In this document: positions 21,691 through 32,272 of the stretch, piece by piece | Layout: the number at the start of each line of letters is the position of its first letter | Numbering within the stretch: position 1 is the stretch's first letter | Source of the DNA: a virus | Length of the DNA stretch: 64,000 nucleotides | IMG/VR virus record: IMGVR_UViG_3300031746_000002 | Span: 1 to 64,000 of that record | Strand: one strand, 5' to 3' | The notes under the pieces: model-generated | Told to the model about the DNA's origin: nothing | What the model saw: only the letters and a program-made list of their open reading frames with translations | The model's database searches: none | Program-made: the position numbers and the translations under genes

Positions 21691-24600
21691 ATGAGTTATT
21701 TTTGGACAAAGATTGATAAGCGTTCAGCACCCATAATAATTACTAATGCAGCGCATACTATCTCGCATTCAGGGATAGGAACAATATGTCAAGTACGATT
21801 ACATGAAGTACCATCTCATGATGACCCATCGACTGTTATTATAACATCAGATCCACCTGGTGGGCAAGTTTATGTAGAGACTACAAATATATTTCCTCCC
21901 AATGGACGGTTTTACGTAAATTATTATAGTGGATTATTAACATTTAATGCTGCTCAACAAGATTTAGCGATACTAGTATCATATCAAGGTACTGGTTCAT
22001 TTTTATTTGCTGAAGATATTAATATAATACAAACATTATTAGAAGCACACAAAGACAGACATGATCCAAATGATGGAGCTGATCCGCTAGATACAGCAAC
22101 TGCAGCTTCTATTCTTGCACAAACTACAGCAGCGGGAATAGGCACTTCACATAGTTTATCAAGAGCTGATCATATTCATGGAATAACAACAGGAACTCCA
22201 ACACAAATTAAACCAGATGATACAGCTACTGAAGGAGATGCAACATCATTTACAAGAAGTAATCATAAACATAGTGTAGCATTAGGTACGCCGGGTTCAA
22301 TTCAACCAAATGATAGTGCAGCAGAAGGAAATGCAAACTCTCTTACAAGAAGTAATCATAAACATTCAATAGTAACAGCAGTTCCAGGTTCTATCCAGCC
22401 AGATGATACAGCTGCTGAAGGTTCAGCAACATCATTTTCAAGAAGTGACCATAAACATGCAATAGTAGCAGCAGTTCCAAATACAATTTATGCAGGTGAT
22501 ACTGCAGCATTAGGTAGTGCAACATCATTTCCAAAAAGTGACCATAAGCATGGAATTTCAACGGGTACTCCTGGCTCAATACAACCCGATGATGCTGCAG
22601 CAGAAGGTAATGCAACATCATTTGCAAGGAGCAACCATAAACATTCAATAGTAACAGTCGCTCCGATTACAATTTATGCAGGTGATACTGCAACAGAAGG
22701 AACAGCAACTTCATTTCCAAGAAGTGATCATAAGCATGGGATTACAACAGCTATTGTAGGTTCAATTCAACCTAATGATGCTGCTGCAGAAGGAACAGCT
22801 ACTTCATTTACAAGAAGCGATCATAAGCATGGGATTGCAACAGCAACACCAGGCTCAATCCAGCCAGACGATAGTGCAGCTGAAGGAACAGCAACTTCAT
22901 TTACAAGGAGTGATCATAAACACGCAATAGTAACAGCTATCCCAACTCAAATTTTACCAGACGATACTGCAACTGAAGGAGTAGCAACTTCATTTACAAG
23001 AAGTGATCACAAACATAGCGTAGCATTGGGTACTCCGGGTTCAATTCAGCCAGATGATGCTGCATCCGCAGGAACAGCAAACTCTCTTGTAAGGAGTGAC
23101 CATAAGCATTCAATAGTTGCTGCAGCTCCAACTCAAATTTTACCGGATGATAGTGCAACAGAAGGTTCAGCAACATCGTTTACAAGGAGTGACCATAAAC
23201 ATAATGTAGCGATAGGAACTCCAGGTTCAATTCAACCTGATGATACAGCAGCAACAGGATCAGCAAATTCTCTTGCAAGAAGTGACCATAAGCATGGAAT
23301 CATAGCAGCTGTTCCAGGTTCAATACAACCAGGTGACAGTGCAGCCGAAGGTTCAGCAACATCATTTACAAGAAGTGATCATAAACATTCAATAACAGCG
23401 GCAACAGTAGCAAGTATAGGAACGGGAAATACTGAAGGAACTTCAACATCATTTGCAAGAGCAGATCATGTTCATAATCATCCTGCAATTGCTGGTGATT
23501 TACATACTGATTATTCTTTAGCTGCTGGAACTAGAGCATATACTGCAATTGTAAGTTATAATAATGCTAAATCATTTACTACCCCTCTTCAAATTATATC
23601 AAAAGATTATGCTGATGCTTTGACTCATGATGGACGTAGTGATACTGCTAATAGCATTGCACATACAAAATATTTAAGAAGTGATCAAGCTAATAATACT
23701 ATGAATGGCAATAAAATTACAGGATTAAATGTAGCAAATCCAACAGATAATAGTGATGCAATATGCAAAAAAAATCTAGATGATAGGTTTGGTGCACCCT
23801 ATGGAACAATACTAACATTAACAGTACCTGGTGGTGGTGGTAAATATACAGATCTTATGACTGCTGTTACTGCAGCAGTGTCAGGTGATACAATTTTAAT
23901 ATATCCTGGGACACATTCAACAGGTGGTGTTGCAATCAATTTGGATAAAATTATTAATTTTGTTGGTGTAGGTTATCGAAATCAAATAATTATCCGTAGA
24001 GGTAATACTGGTACTTTTATAAATCCTACAGTAACTGGACAATATTATTTTTCTAATTTAACAATTGGTAGTGCTGCTGATGGTGCTACAACAAGCATAA
24101 TTTTAAAAAATATAAGTGCTACTGGAATACATGTTAATAATTGTTATATTCCAATAACATTTCAAGTTGCATCAGGATCTATAAATTGTTATAATAGTAC
24201 AGTATATAATTCAGTTTCAGATGTTAATGCTGGTTCAACTTATTATAATTGTAATATTACTTATGCTTCTGTTTTAAGCAATGCTTCATTGACATTACAA
24301 GATACTAGTATTACTACCAATTTAACAATTGGTGATAATTCATCAACACCAAAATGTTATATTAATGGTGCTTCATATGTAGGAAATATTATAAAAACAC
24401 TTACAAATGCAGCATTATATGTTAATGGAATATTTCATACAGCAACAGCATTACCTGCAGGGCTTACTCTTTATCAACCTGCAGGAATAATTTTAAGTGG
24501 ATTATTAGCAAATATAGATGCGGGTGGTAAAACAATAACAAATCTTGCAGATCCAACAGGTGGTGCTGATCAACAAGCAGCAACTAAAAAATATGTAGAT

Positions 24601-25023
24601 GATGCAGGATTAGGAACATTAAATAATGTACTATATGTATTTAGATGGTCTATACCAGGAACATTAGCAGTAGCTAATAATCAAGGACCGTGGCATATAG
24701 TACCACATGCTATGGAAATTACAGGTTGTTCAGTAGTTGTAAAAACTCCATCAACTGTGACTGTTGTTACTATTGATTTAGAAAAAGATACTGTTGCTAA
24801 AGGTGGTGGGGGTGGACCAGTATGGAATACAGTATTTGATACATTGTCAACAATTGATGCTAATGAATATACTTCAGAAAGTGCTATTACTCCTTGTGTT
24901 ATTAAAGCTGCAACAAAAAATTTAGTTAAGGGAGATTTATTAAAACTTAATATAGATACAGTTGGAACTACAGCAGCAGCTGATCTAACTGTTGAATTAA
25001 TTTGTAAAGTGGCATTATTTTAA
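21691..25023 (+). CDS. Long tail fibre protein with His-x-His repeats and a beta-helix domain
   Basis: Fifteen R(S/A)(D/N)H(K/I/V)H-type repeats, ANPT..DA..K and ADPT..AATKKYVD fibre motifs, GDTILIYPG cap. Confidence 0.75.
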   Translation: MSYFWTKIDKRSAPIIITNAAHTISHSGIGTICQVRLHEVPSHDDPSTVIITSDPPGGQVYVETTNIFPPNGRFYVNYYSGLLTFNAAQQDLAILVSYQGTGSFLFAEDINIIQTLLEAHKDRHDPNDGADPLDTATAASILAQTTAAGIGTSHSLSRADHIHGITTGTPTQIKPDDTATEGDATSFTRSNHKHSVALGTPGSIQPNDSAAEGNANSLTRSNHKHSIVTAVPGSIQPDDTAAEGSATSFSRSDHKHAIVAAVPNTIYAGDTAALGSATSFPKSDHKHGISTGTPGSIQPDDAAAEGNATSFARSNHKHSIVTVAPITIYAGDTATEGTATSFPRSDHKHGITTAIVGSIQPNDAAAEGTATSFTRSDHKHGIATATPGSIQPDDSAAEGTATSFTRSDHKHAIVTAIPTQILPDDTATEGVATSFTRSDHKHSVALGTPGSIQPDDAASAGTANSLVRSDHKHSIVAAAPTQILPDDSATEGSATSFTRSDHKHNVAIGTPGSIQPDDTAATGSANSLARSDHKHGIIAAVPGSIQPGDSAAEGSATSFTRSDHKHSITAATVASIGTGNTEGTSTSFARADHVHNHPAIAGDLHTDYSLAAGTRAYTAIVSYNNAKSFTTPLQIISKDYADALTHDGRSDTANSIAHTKYLRSDQANNTMNGNKITGLNVANPTDNSDAICKKNLDDRFGAPYGTILTLTVPGGGGKYTDLMTAVTAAVSGDTILIYPGTHSTGGVAINLDKIINFVGVGYRNQIIIRRGNTGTFINPTVTGQYYFSNLTIGSAADGATTSIILKNISATGIHVNNCYIPITFQVASGSINCYNSTVYNSVSDVNAGSTYYNCNITYASVLSNASLTLQDTSITTNLTIGDNSSTPKCYINGASYVGNIIKTLTNAALYVNGIFHTATALPAGLTLYQPAGIILSGLLANIDAGGKTITNLADPTGGADQQAATKKYVDDAGLGTLNNVLYVFRWSIPGTLAVANNQGPWHIVPHAMEITGCSVVVKTPSTVTVVTIDLEKDTVAKGGGGGPVWNTVFDTLSTIDANEYTSESAITPCVIKAATKNLVKGDLLKLNIDTVGTTAAADLTVELICKVALF
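22140..23480 (+). repeat. 93-bp (31-aa) degenerate tandem repeat, about 15 units
   Basis: For example ACAAGAAGTAATCATAAACAT occurs at ~22252 and ~22345, 93 bp apart. Confidence 0.9.
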
Positions 25024-25032
25024 GGAGGAATT

Positions 25033-25419
25033 ATGACTGTTAAAAGAGTTAAAAAATCAAAAATTAAAAAATTAAAAACTGAAGAATCAAAAATTGAAGA
25101 ACCAGAAGTTGAAGAACTAGAAGCTAAAGAATCACAACCTGAAACACCATTACGTGCAGATGCAGTAGAATGTGCACTTGCTGATTTTGATACAGTATTA
25201 TCTGAAATACAATTATCACCAGATGCTACGTCAGAAACAATTTTTAATACAATGCATGGTATAAGATTATTAATGGAAACTAGAATAAAAAGTAATATTT
25301 TAAATAAGCAAGTACATTTTGAAAGAATATGGGATTTAAATAATCCAATACAAGATGCTAGTGGAAAAGTTATAGGATATAATTTAATAGAAATTAGAAA
25401 AATTATAATACAGGGATAA
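25033..25419 (+). CDS. Hypothetical protein (possible fibre chaperone)
   Basis: SD AAGGAGG; lies between two fibre genes. Confidence 0.5.
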   Translation: MTVKRVKKSKIKKLKTEESKIEEPEVEELEAKESQPETPLRADAVECALADFDTVLSEIQLSPDATSETIFNTMHGIRLLMETRIKSNILNKQVHFERIWDLNNPIQDASGKVIGYNLIEIRKIIIQG

Positions 25420-25423
25420 TGAT

Positions 25424-27694
25424 ATGGCAGCTAAAATATTTTATGTAGACCCTATTAATGGACAAGATGGTACTGGAGGACATGATGGTACTACACCTGC
25501 TTTGGCATGGCAGACTATTCAGTGGGCTGTTGACCATCATGGTGCTATTGATGCTGGCACAATTACTGTTAATTTTAGACAAGGTACTTATAATATAACT
25601 ACTCCCATACTTATGGAGGCACAGTCTGGGACATCTTCATATAGAATAATATATAAAGGAGATTATCAAGGTCTCATTCCTGGTTGGGAAGCAGGTGCTG
25701 TAACTATAAAACATCTTAGTAGTTCATTTTATTCTTTTAAAGTATTAGTTAATTATATAACATTTAATGGATTTACGTTTATAGGCCCTAATATTACTCA
25801 ATGTTTTAGTCTCGGACAATATTCACCTTCAATTCCTACTAATAATAATATTATAGAATATTGTAATGTAGATGGCGCAACTCATTTTGTTTATAATATG
25901 ATTGATAATAGTACAGGTAATATCATAAGATATAATAATATAAGTAATACAACAGATACAGCAATATATCATTATCTTAAACCTGGTGGCTTGACACTCA
26001 GCATTACAAATAATGTAATTACTAATTTTGGTTCAACAACAGGAATATGGATTTATGGAGGTGCTGGATCAGGAACACTTACAATTACAAATAATGTAAT
26101 TAATTCTGGAGGTGCAGGTTCTAGTTTAGTAAGAATATGGCAAGGTACTTCCGGATATATATTTACTTCAGATTATAATACATTAATAAAAGGTACAGCA
26201 TCTTATGTGTATAGAACACAATTGGGTGATTTTACTACTTTACAAACATGGCAAACTGCATCTGGTCAAGATGCACATAGTGCTGATAGTTTTATTCCAC
26301 CAATAGCTCCTACAGGATTTGTTGGTACTGTATTAAGTGATACTTCAATAAGATGGGATTGGATAGATGCAAGCAGTGATGAAATAGGTTTTTATGTTCA
26401 AGATAATTCTATTCCGCCAATTAATAAATCTCCTTTATTACCTCCAGGTACTCAGACATGGACTGAAACTGGATTAACTCAAAAAACTTTATATACAAGA
26501 CATGCTAATGTTTTTAATAGTTATGGAAGCACTAATTCTAATTCAGATTCGAAAACTACTTTTGGGCAAACTTTTTATGTAGATTTTCTTGCAGGTGATG
26601 ATAATTATGATGGTTTATTTCCAGTATATACGTCTGGAATACATGGTCCTTGGGCAACGCCACAACATGCTTCTGATACAGCTAACCCTGCTAATGGTAC
26701 ACCAATTGTTGTATGGATGAAACCAGGTACTCCGTTGATCTGTGCGGGAGGTGTTTGGAATATTAATAAATATTCTGGAATAGATTGGAGTAATAAAATT
26801 ATATTTAAAGGAGATCGTAATGGTGCTATATGGGGAGTTAGCGGATATCCAATTTTGTTGCATTCTGGAATTCGTAATAGTGGAATGGGTTATATAAGTA
26901 TTCAAGGTTTTGAAATTACAGGAGTTACACTTTATGGAATTATATTTGTAAACACAAGAGCTGGAGCAATAGATGGAAATTATATACATGATTTATCAGC
27001 TGCTGATAAAGTAACAGGAATTATAGTTGGAAAAAATATAACAGTAACTGTAGATGTTACTATACGTAATAATATTATTAAAAATTTAGTTCCAACTGGT
27101 AGTACAAGAACTGCAATAGGAATGGATCTTGGATTTTCATATACTAATGTATTTAACAATACAATTTATAATATACAAGGATCAGCAACTGATCTTGATC
27201 TTTTTCTTTGGGGTGGGTTTGGTATTAAAATAGCTCATTCAGATGGTGATCCTAATTCTTATTCATATACAGATATGCAAAATAATATTATTCAAAATGT
27301 ATCTGGTGTCAGAATTGTAATGAGTGCACCAAATACAACTATAAATAATGCAGTTCTTATAAGTGATTACAATAATTTATATGAAGATGGTGTAAGTTAT
27401 TGTGGAGGAATAAGATATTCAACAACTACATATCTATATTTGTATGGTTCAAATTGGAGAGCAGAACCTCATTTTTTACCTGATCAGCATAGTTGGGGCG
27501 GTGATTCAAAATTTACAAATCCCAGCAGCAGTAATAGTAGTGGTATGAAAATAACGCATACAAGTACTTGTATTGGTGTTGCTAGTGCACATATTGCGTA
27601 TATGCATGTTGGTGATGATCATTTTGGCAGACCAAGATTAATCGGATCAGATGATATTGGCGCACATCAATATAGTGAAATAGAAATAGTTTAG
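25424..27694 (+). CDS. Tail spike/receptor-binding protein: two right-handed beta-helix domains separated by an FN3-like domain
   Basis: FYVD..G.D...(A/P)W.T caps twice, I.NN.I repeats, APTGF...SIRWDW FN3-like segment, DIGAHQY end. Confidence 0.7.
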   Translation: MAAKIFYVDPINGQDGTGGHDGTTPALAWQTIQWAVDHHGAIDAGTITVNFRQGTYNITTPILMEAQSGTSSYRIIYKGDYQGLIPGWEAGAVTIKHLSSSFYSFKVLVNYITFNGFTFIGPNITQCFSLGQYSPSIPTNNNIIEYCNVDGATHFVYNMIDNSTGNIIRYNNISNTTDTAIYHYLKPGGLTLSITNNVITNFGSTTGIWIYGGAGSGTLTITNNVINSGGAGSSLVRIWQGTSGYIFTSDYNTLIKGTASYVYRTQLGDFTTLQTWQTASGQDAHSADSFIPPIAPTGFVGTVLSDTSIRWDWIDASSDEIGFYVQDNSIPPINKSPLLPPGTQTWTETGLTQKTLYTRHANVFNSYGSTNSNSDSKTTFGQTFYVDFLAGDDNYDGLFPVYTSGIHGPWATPQHASDTANPANGTPIVVWMKPGTPLICAGGVWNINKYSGIDWSNKIIFKGDRNGAIWGVSGYPILLHSGIRNSGMGYISIQGFEITGVTLYGIIFVNTRAGAIDGNYIHDLSAADKVTGIIVGKNITVTVDVTIRNNIIKNLVPTGSTRTAIGMDLGFSYTNVFNNTIYNIQGSATDLDLFLWGGFGIKIAHSDGDPNSYSYTDMQNNIIQNVSGVRIVMSAPNTTINNAVLISDYNNLYEDGVSYCGGIRYSTTTYLYLYGSNWRAEPHFLPDQHSWGGDSKFTNPSSSNSSGMKITHTSTCIGVASAHIAYMHVGDDHFGRPRLIGSDDIGAHQYSEIEIV

Positions 27695-27702
27695 GAGATC
27701 AT

Positions 27703-28827
27703 ATGTATTTCATGGATTGTTATTATGGAGATGCTGCTTATTTCTACGGATACGGATATGGATATTTTGCATTTCCGATTTTATTAAATATAAATTCATA
27801 TCCAAGCGAAGATCAAAATATTTATGTGTTTCAATGGACAGTACCATTTGTTCCAGAATGTCCTGATCCAAAATTACTTGAATTTGAATTACAGTTAGAC
27901 ACAGTTAATACATTTGATAGTTCTGGTTTAATTGTTGTTACTAATATTGGAGACCCACAACTTTATTATATGCAGCAAGGTGATGTTACAATGGCATATG
28001 AAATTGAATTACCTGAACGATTAGAAAATGAAGAAAAAATTTGGTATTGGAAAGTTCGAATTAAACCAGATGGTCCCTGGACAACAATTCAAGAGATGCT
28101 TCGCCCAATGAAATTCAAAAATCTTTTTGCAGAAGATAGATTAACAGAACTTCCAAGCAGTGATGTATATAATAAAGAAATTCTTAAAATAGATTTTATT
28201 GACAGATTAAAAGAAGAGAATTTAGTTTATTGGACTAATGTATTTAGAATTCTTAATGTCTTCGGTGAAGATTACGACAAGCGACAATTAGAATTAGTGC
28301 TTCAAATGAATGATAATTGTTTATTACAATGCAGGGATTCTTCATTATATAATAATTTTGGTTCTATTTTAAATTTTGAAAAACCAGCTGGAATGCAAAA
28401 TGCAGAATACAAAGCTATTTTGATGAAAGCATTTGAAGCTGCTATGATAGGCAGTACTTATGCTGCAATTAAAAAAATAGTAAAGATATTTACAGCAGTA
28501 GATCCAGATTTCTTTTTAATAAGAGATGATCCAGAATTTGTAATTGGTGACTCAAGTATTATTATAGACAACATAACACCACCACCAGCAAAAATGTTAG
28601 ATGATACAAACCCATTATACCCATATATAAATAATATTTATGATAGTGGGTATCCAATGATGATTCAAAACAGAGCAGTAATTTGGAGTAAGCATGAATA
28701 TGCATTTGGTGTTATTATAGGGATTTATAATCCATATAATCTAACACTAAATACAACAGTAATAGAATATTTTATCAGAATTTTCATGCCGAGCCACGTT
28801 CGGTATTATATAGAGTACATCATTTGA
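27703..28827 (+). CDS. Putative baseplate wedge protein (P2 gpI-like C-terminus)
   Basis: LYNNFG...EY...GST..AI and terminal MPSHV motif. Confidence 0.55.
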   Translation: MYFMDCYYGDAAYFYGYGYGYFAFPILLNINSYPSEDQNIYVFQWTVPFVPECPDPKLLEFELQLDTVNTFDSSGLIVVTNIGDPQLYYMQQGDVTMAYEIELPERLENEEKIWYWKVRIKPDGPWTTIQEMLRPMKFKNLFAEDRLTELPSSDVYNKEILKIDFIDRLKEENLVYWTNVFRILNVFGEDYDKRQLELVLQMNDNCLLQCRDSSLYNNFGSILNFEKPAGMQNAEYKAILMKAFEAAMIGSTYAAIKKIVKIFTAVDPDFFLIRDDPEFVIGDSSIIIDNITPPPAKMLDDTNPLYPYINNIYDSGYPMMIQNRAVIWSKHEYAFGVIIGIYNPYNLTLNTTVIEYFIRIFMPSHVRYYIEYII

Positions 28828-28843
28828 AAATAGGATAAAATTT

Positions 28844-29722
28844 ATGTCTAATTATCAATCTCCCTGGAACAAAGGATTAACAAAAGAAACTGATGAAAGA
28901 GTTAAAATAAATGGAATTAATAGTGGTAAAGCTAACAAAGGAAAATTAAAAGGAATAAAGCTTACTAAGAAGCATTGTTTAAAAATAGGTAAAGGGGTAC
29001 ATAAAGCTTGTAAAGAAGGAAGACGAATTCAATGGAATAAAGGAAAAACAAAAGAAACTGATAAACGATTAGCAACAGCTGGAAAAAATATAAGTAAAAC
29101 AAAAACAGGAAAAAAATGTAAACCATTTACTAAAAAGCATTGTAAACATTTAAGTGAAAGAATTTTTACTAAAGAATGGCGAGAAAATTTAGGTAAAGCT
29201 CATAAAGGAATAGGAAAAGGAATTAAATTTTCTAAAAAACGTTGTTTAAATTTAAGTAAAGCAAATAAAGGTGTAAGTCGTGGTAAAGGAAGAATATTTA
29301 GCAAAAAACATTGTGAAAAGTTAAGTATAAATGCAGCTAAACAAATGATAAAAAATAAACAAAATCATAATTGGGGTTATGGTAAAAATAGTTGGTTTTA
29401 TTCTAAAAAAAATCATAAACGAATTCATTGTTTAGCTAGTGGAGAAAAACAATGTATGCAATTTTTAGAAAATAATAAAAATGTTATAAGTTATAAAAAA
29501 GATGCTATAAGAATTCTTTATTGGTTTGAAGAAAAATGGCATAATTATATACCTGATTTTGTAGTGAGATATAAAAATAAAAAACAAACAGTAATAGAAG
29601 TAAAAACAAATAATCATTTAAAAGATCTGCAAGTTAAAGCAAAAGCTAGAGCTGCAAGAAGATATTGTAAAAAGAACAATATGGAATATAAATTCTGGAC
29701 TGAAAATGGATTTTTAGATTAA
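28844..29722 (+). mobile_element. Free-standing putative homing endonuclease (NUMOD-like repeats + TnsA-like PD-(D/E)XK domain)
   Basis: WNKG(L/K)TKETD and F(T/S)KKHC..LS repeats; YIPDFVV...IEVK; very Lys-rich. Confidence 0.75.
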
Positions 29723-29860
29723 TTGTCTAAGCAGGTTTAACTTTTTGCTACTTATTTATATATAAGTTTACTTATATAAATAAGTAATATAATATTAATA
29801 TTATTAATTAATAAATAGCAACACATCAATCAGCGAAATAATAAATCAGGAGGAATAAAA

Positions 29861-31876
29861 ATGAAACGCACAAACATCCAATCTGGACAAATAACAATTC
29901 AAGAAACTATGAACTACACTGAAGCAACAAAAAGTGATGCAATTAAAGAACGTAAAGCTGATATATATCAAGCTGGAGTTTTAAAGAACTCTCAGCAAGT
30001 TGGGGAACTAGAATTTCAGTTTGTAATAGACACAGATACACATAAATTAAATATCAAAACTGGTGTAGCTTATAATAATTTAGGTGATCGTATTTTATTT
30101 GATGCAATAGGAATTGCAATATCTTATAATGCAGCTAATCCTAATAATCAAACTGATAATGGACTTGGAGCTTTAATAGATACACCGCAATCTACAGGAA
30201 GTAAATTAATTGATTATACTTCTTATGCAAGTTCAACTCGGCATATATGGGTAGGTTATATGGAGCAAATCAATAATACTTCTAATCCAGGAACATTTTC
30301 ATTACATAGGATTACTAATGCAAAACTATTTACACAAGTTGAAGACGGATTTATAGTTTATCCATTTCATACTAGTCCAACTAGTCAACCTACACCGCAT
30401 GCAAAGCAAACTGGGAATTCTATATATCTTGGGTATGTTACTATTAATAGTAGTGGAATAATAACAGATGTTTTCACAACAGGAAGAACATATTCAAAAT
30501 CAGTTAATGAAAGAATAGGAATTAATATAAACAGTGCAGTTTCGCCAACAACATATGCAGATGGTGATAGTAAATTTCTTGATGACCATATTAATGCTTT
30601 AGGAAGTGGAACAGTTTCTGCAACAAATCCTCATGCGATAACACCAGCAGACATCGGAGTAACAGAACCGAATAATGAAATATATCAACAAGAGACACAT
30701 GCGAACGGAATAATTACACCAAATCCAGCTACAGTTGATTATGCATTACGCCCATCTTCAAGTGGTGGAACAGTTATTACAATACGACATTTAAATATTG
30801 CTAGTAGTGGTTTATTTAGAGAGACTTTATATTTAGATGGACAACGATTTACTTCTGATAATTCACAAGATGAACTTGTTGAATTTTCTAGTCTTTCTGA
30901 TGGATCTTATTATTATATATATACAACTACAACATTAACTTCTGTAACTCCTCCAGCTATTCCAAAATTAATAATGAGTATTGCAAGTGAAACAGAATTT
31001 TTAGCTTGGACAGCAACTGAAAAAAGACAAAAATATTTAATTTGTAAAGTTTATAAAAATGGTGGACATATAGATGTTGCAGATGTTACTGATTATCGAC
31101 ATTTCTTATTTCCAGTTAGAACTTCTATAAGAACATATACAGGACATGCAGATATTAGTAACTTGATGTCTGAAAAATTATATGTTCATATAGAAGGAAT
31201 TTTACAAAGAGCAAGATTATATGTATGGGCTGAAACATTTGATAAGCATCATTATTCAGAACTACCATATCATCGACATACAGATGCACATACGCATAGT
31301 GGAACAGACGATGCTGCAGGAAGTCATCGACATGATATAATTATAGATAATAACGATGTTGCAACTAATACGCATGATGCTTTACAAGGAAGTGTAGATG
31401 TTGGTGATGCAAATGCAAGATTTTGGACAAATTTAGCTAGATCACCAGGTGCAGATCAAGTTTTCGATATAGGACCATATGCACATAGTAATAATCATTG
31501 GTATGATTTTAGTATTGATTATAGTGCTACACATCAACACACGTTTACTACTGGTAGCCAATCTACGTCTGTTACGGGTTATGCTGGTATTAATACTCCG
31601 TCAATAGCATTAAATACAATAGAAAGAACTTTAATTACTTATGCAGGTTTTCAAATATGGATTAATGGAGTAAATAAAACTAGTGATTTTACAGAAATAC
31701 CTAATCCAATAGTAGTAGGACAAATAGTTGGTGCAAGTGTTACGCCAGGAGTGGTTATAGCTGGGCAAGGACACGATATAGCATCATTATTAATATTGGG
31801 AGAAAATATAATAGAATTTCAACAAGTAGCAGCTGGAACGGGTGGACGTATAAGATATAATTTATATCTCGAATAG
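29861..31876 (+). CDS. Baseplate/tail fibre-associated structural protein
   Basis: IKTGVAY...G.RI, NPHAIT..DIG, VTDYR and His-x-His motifs. Confidence 0.55.
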   Translation: MKRTNIQSGQITIQETMNYTEATKSDAIKERKADIYQAGVLKNSQQVGELEFQFVIDTDTHKLNIKTGVAYNNLGDRILFDAIGIAISYNAANPNNQTDNGLGALIDTPQSTGSKLIDYTSYASSTRHIWVGYMEQINNTSNPGTFSLHRITNAKLFTQVEDGFIVYPFHTSPTSQPTPHAKQTGNSIYLGYVTINSSGIITDVFTTGRTYSKSVNERIGININSAVSPTTYADGDSKFLDDHINALGSGTVSATNPHAITPADIGVTEPNNEIYQQETHANGIITPNPATVDYALRPSSSGGTVITIRHLNIASSGLFRETLYLDGQRFTSDNSQDELVEFSSLSDGSYYYIYTTTTLTSVTPPAIPKLIMSIASETEFLAWTATEKRQKYLICKVYKNGGHIDVADVTDYRHFLFPVRTSIRTYTGHADISNLMSEKLYVHIEGILQRARLYVWAETFDKHHYSELPYHRHTDAHTHSGTDDAAGSHRHDIIIDNNDVATNTHDALQGSVDVGDANARFWTNLARSPGADQVFDIGPYAHSNNHWYDFSIDYSATHQHTFTTGSQSTSVTGYAGINTPSIALNTIERTLITYAGFQIWINGVNKTSDFTEIPNPIVVGQIVGASVTPGVVIAGQGHDIASLLILGENIIEFQQVAAGTGGRIRYNLYLE

Positions 31877-31919
31877 TAACCATCAATAAATTTTTACCAA
31901 GAAAGCTTATTAATATATT

Positions 31920-32048
31920 ATGGAAATGTATCAAATAGTACCTTTATTTATATTCGTAGCAATAGGCGGTTTCTTTATTAGCGTAATTGCCTATGTAATT
32001 GTTAATGATTATTTTACTCGAAAAAAGGAGAAAAAGAATGAAGTGTAA
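31920..32048 (+). CDS. Small single-TM protein (42 aa, not in ORF track)
   Basis: MEMYQIVPLFIFVAIGGFFISVIAYVIVNDYFTRKKEKKNEV; lies upstream of the endolysin. Confidence 0.5.
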   Translation: MEMYQIVPLFIFVAIGGFFISVIAYVIVNDYFTRKKEKKNEV

Positions 32049-32259
32049 TCACAAATGGTTGTATCTTATTTTCGGAAACAGACTTTGCAAGCGCTGTCCT
32101 ATGAGTTTAACATTATTCATGCCAGTACCGGATAAAGATGGAGTAAAGCAAGAAACAAAACCTGAAACAAAATGTATAGCACAATGGATGCCAATACTTC
32201 TTACAGAAACTACAGCAGCAATCAATTCACTTGTTAAAATCGCATTAGAAAAGAAATGA
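32038..32259 (+). CDS. Hypothetical Cys-containing protein
   Basis: SD AAGGAG precedes ATG 32038, a better start than 31999. Confidence 0.55.
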   Translation: MKCNHKWLYLIFGNRLCKRCPMSLTLFMPVPDKDGVKQETKPETKCIAQWMPILLTETTAAINSLVKIALEKK

Positions 32260-32272
32260 GGGGTTATTAATT

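Noticed and set aside
22140-23480. 93-bp repeats as a CRISPR array or DGR template
   Set aside because: They are in-frame coding repeats with synonymous variation, and no reverse transcriptase lies in the window.
28844-29722. Group I intron or Tn7-like transposon around the endonuclease
   Set aside because: Flanking genes look complete, the gaps are too short or AT-rich for a ribozyme core, and there is no TnsB/TnsC.
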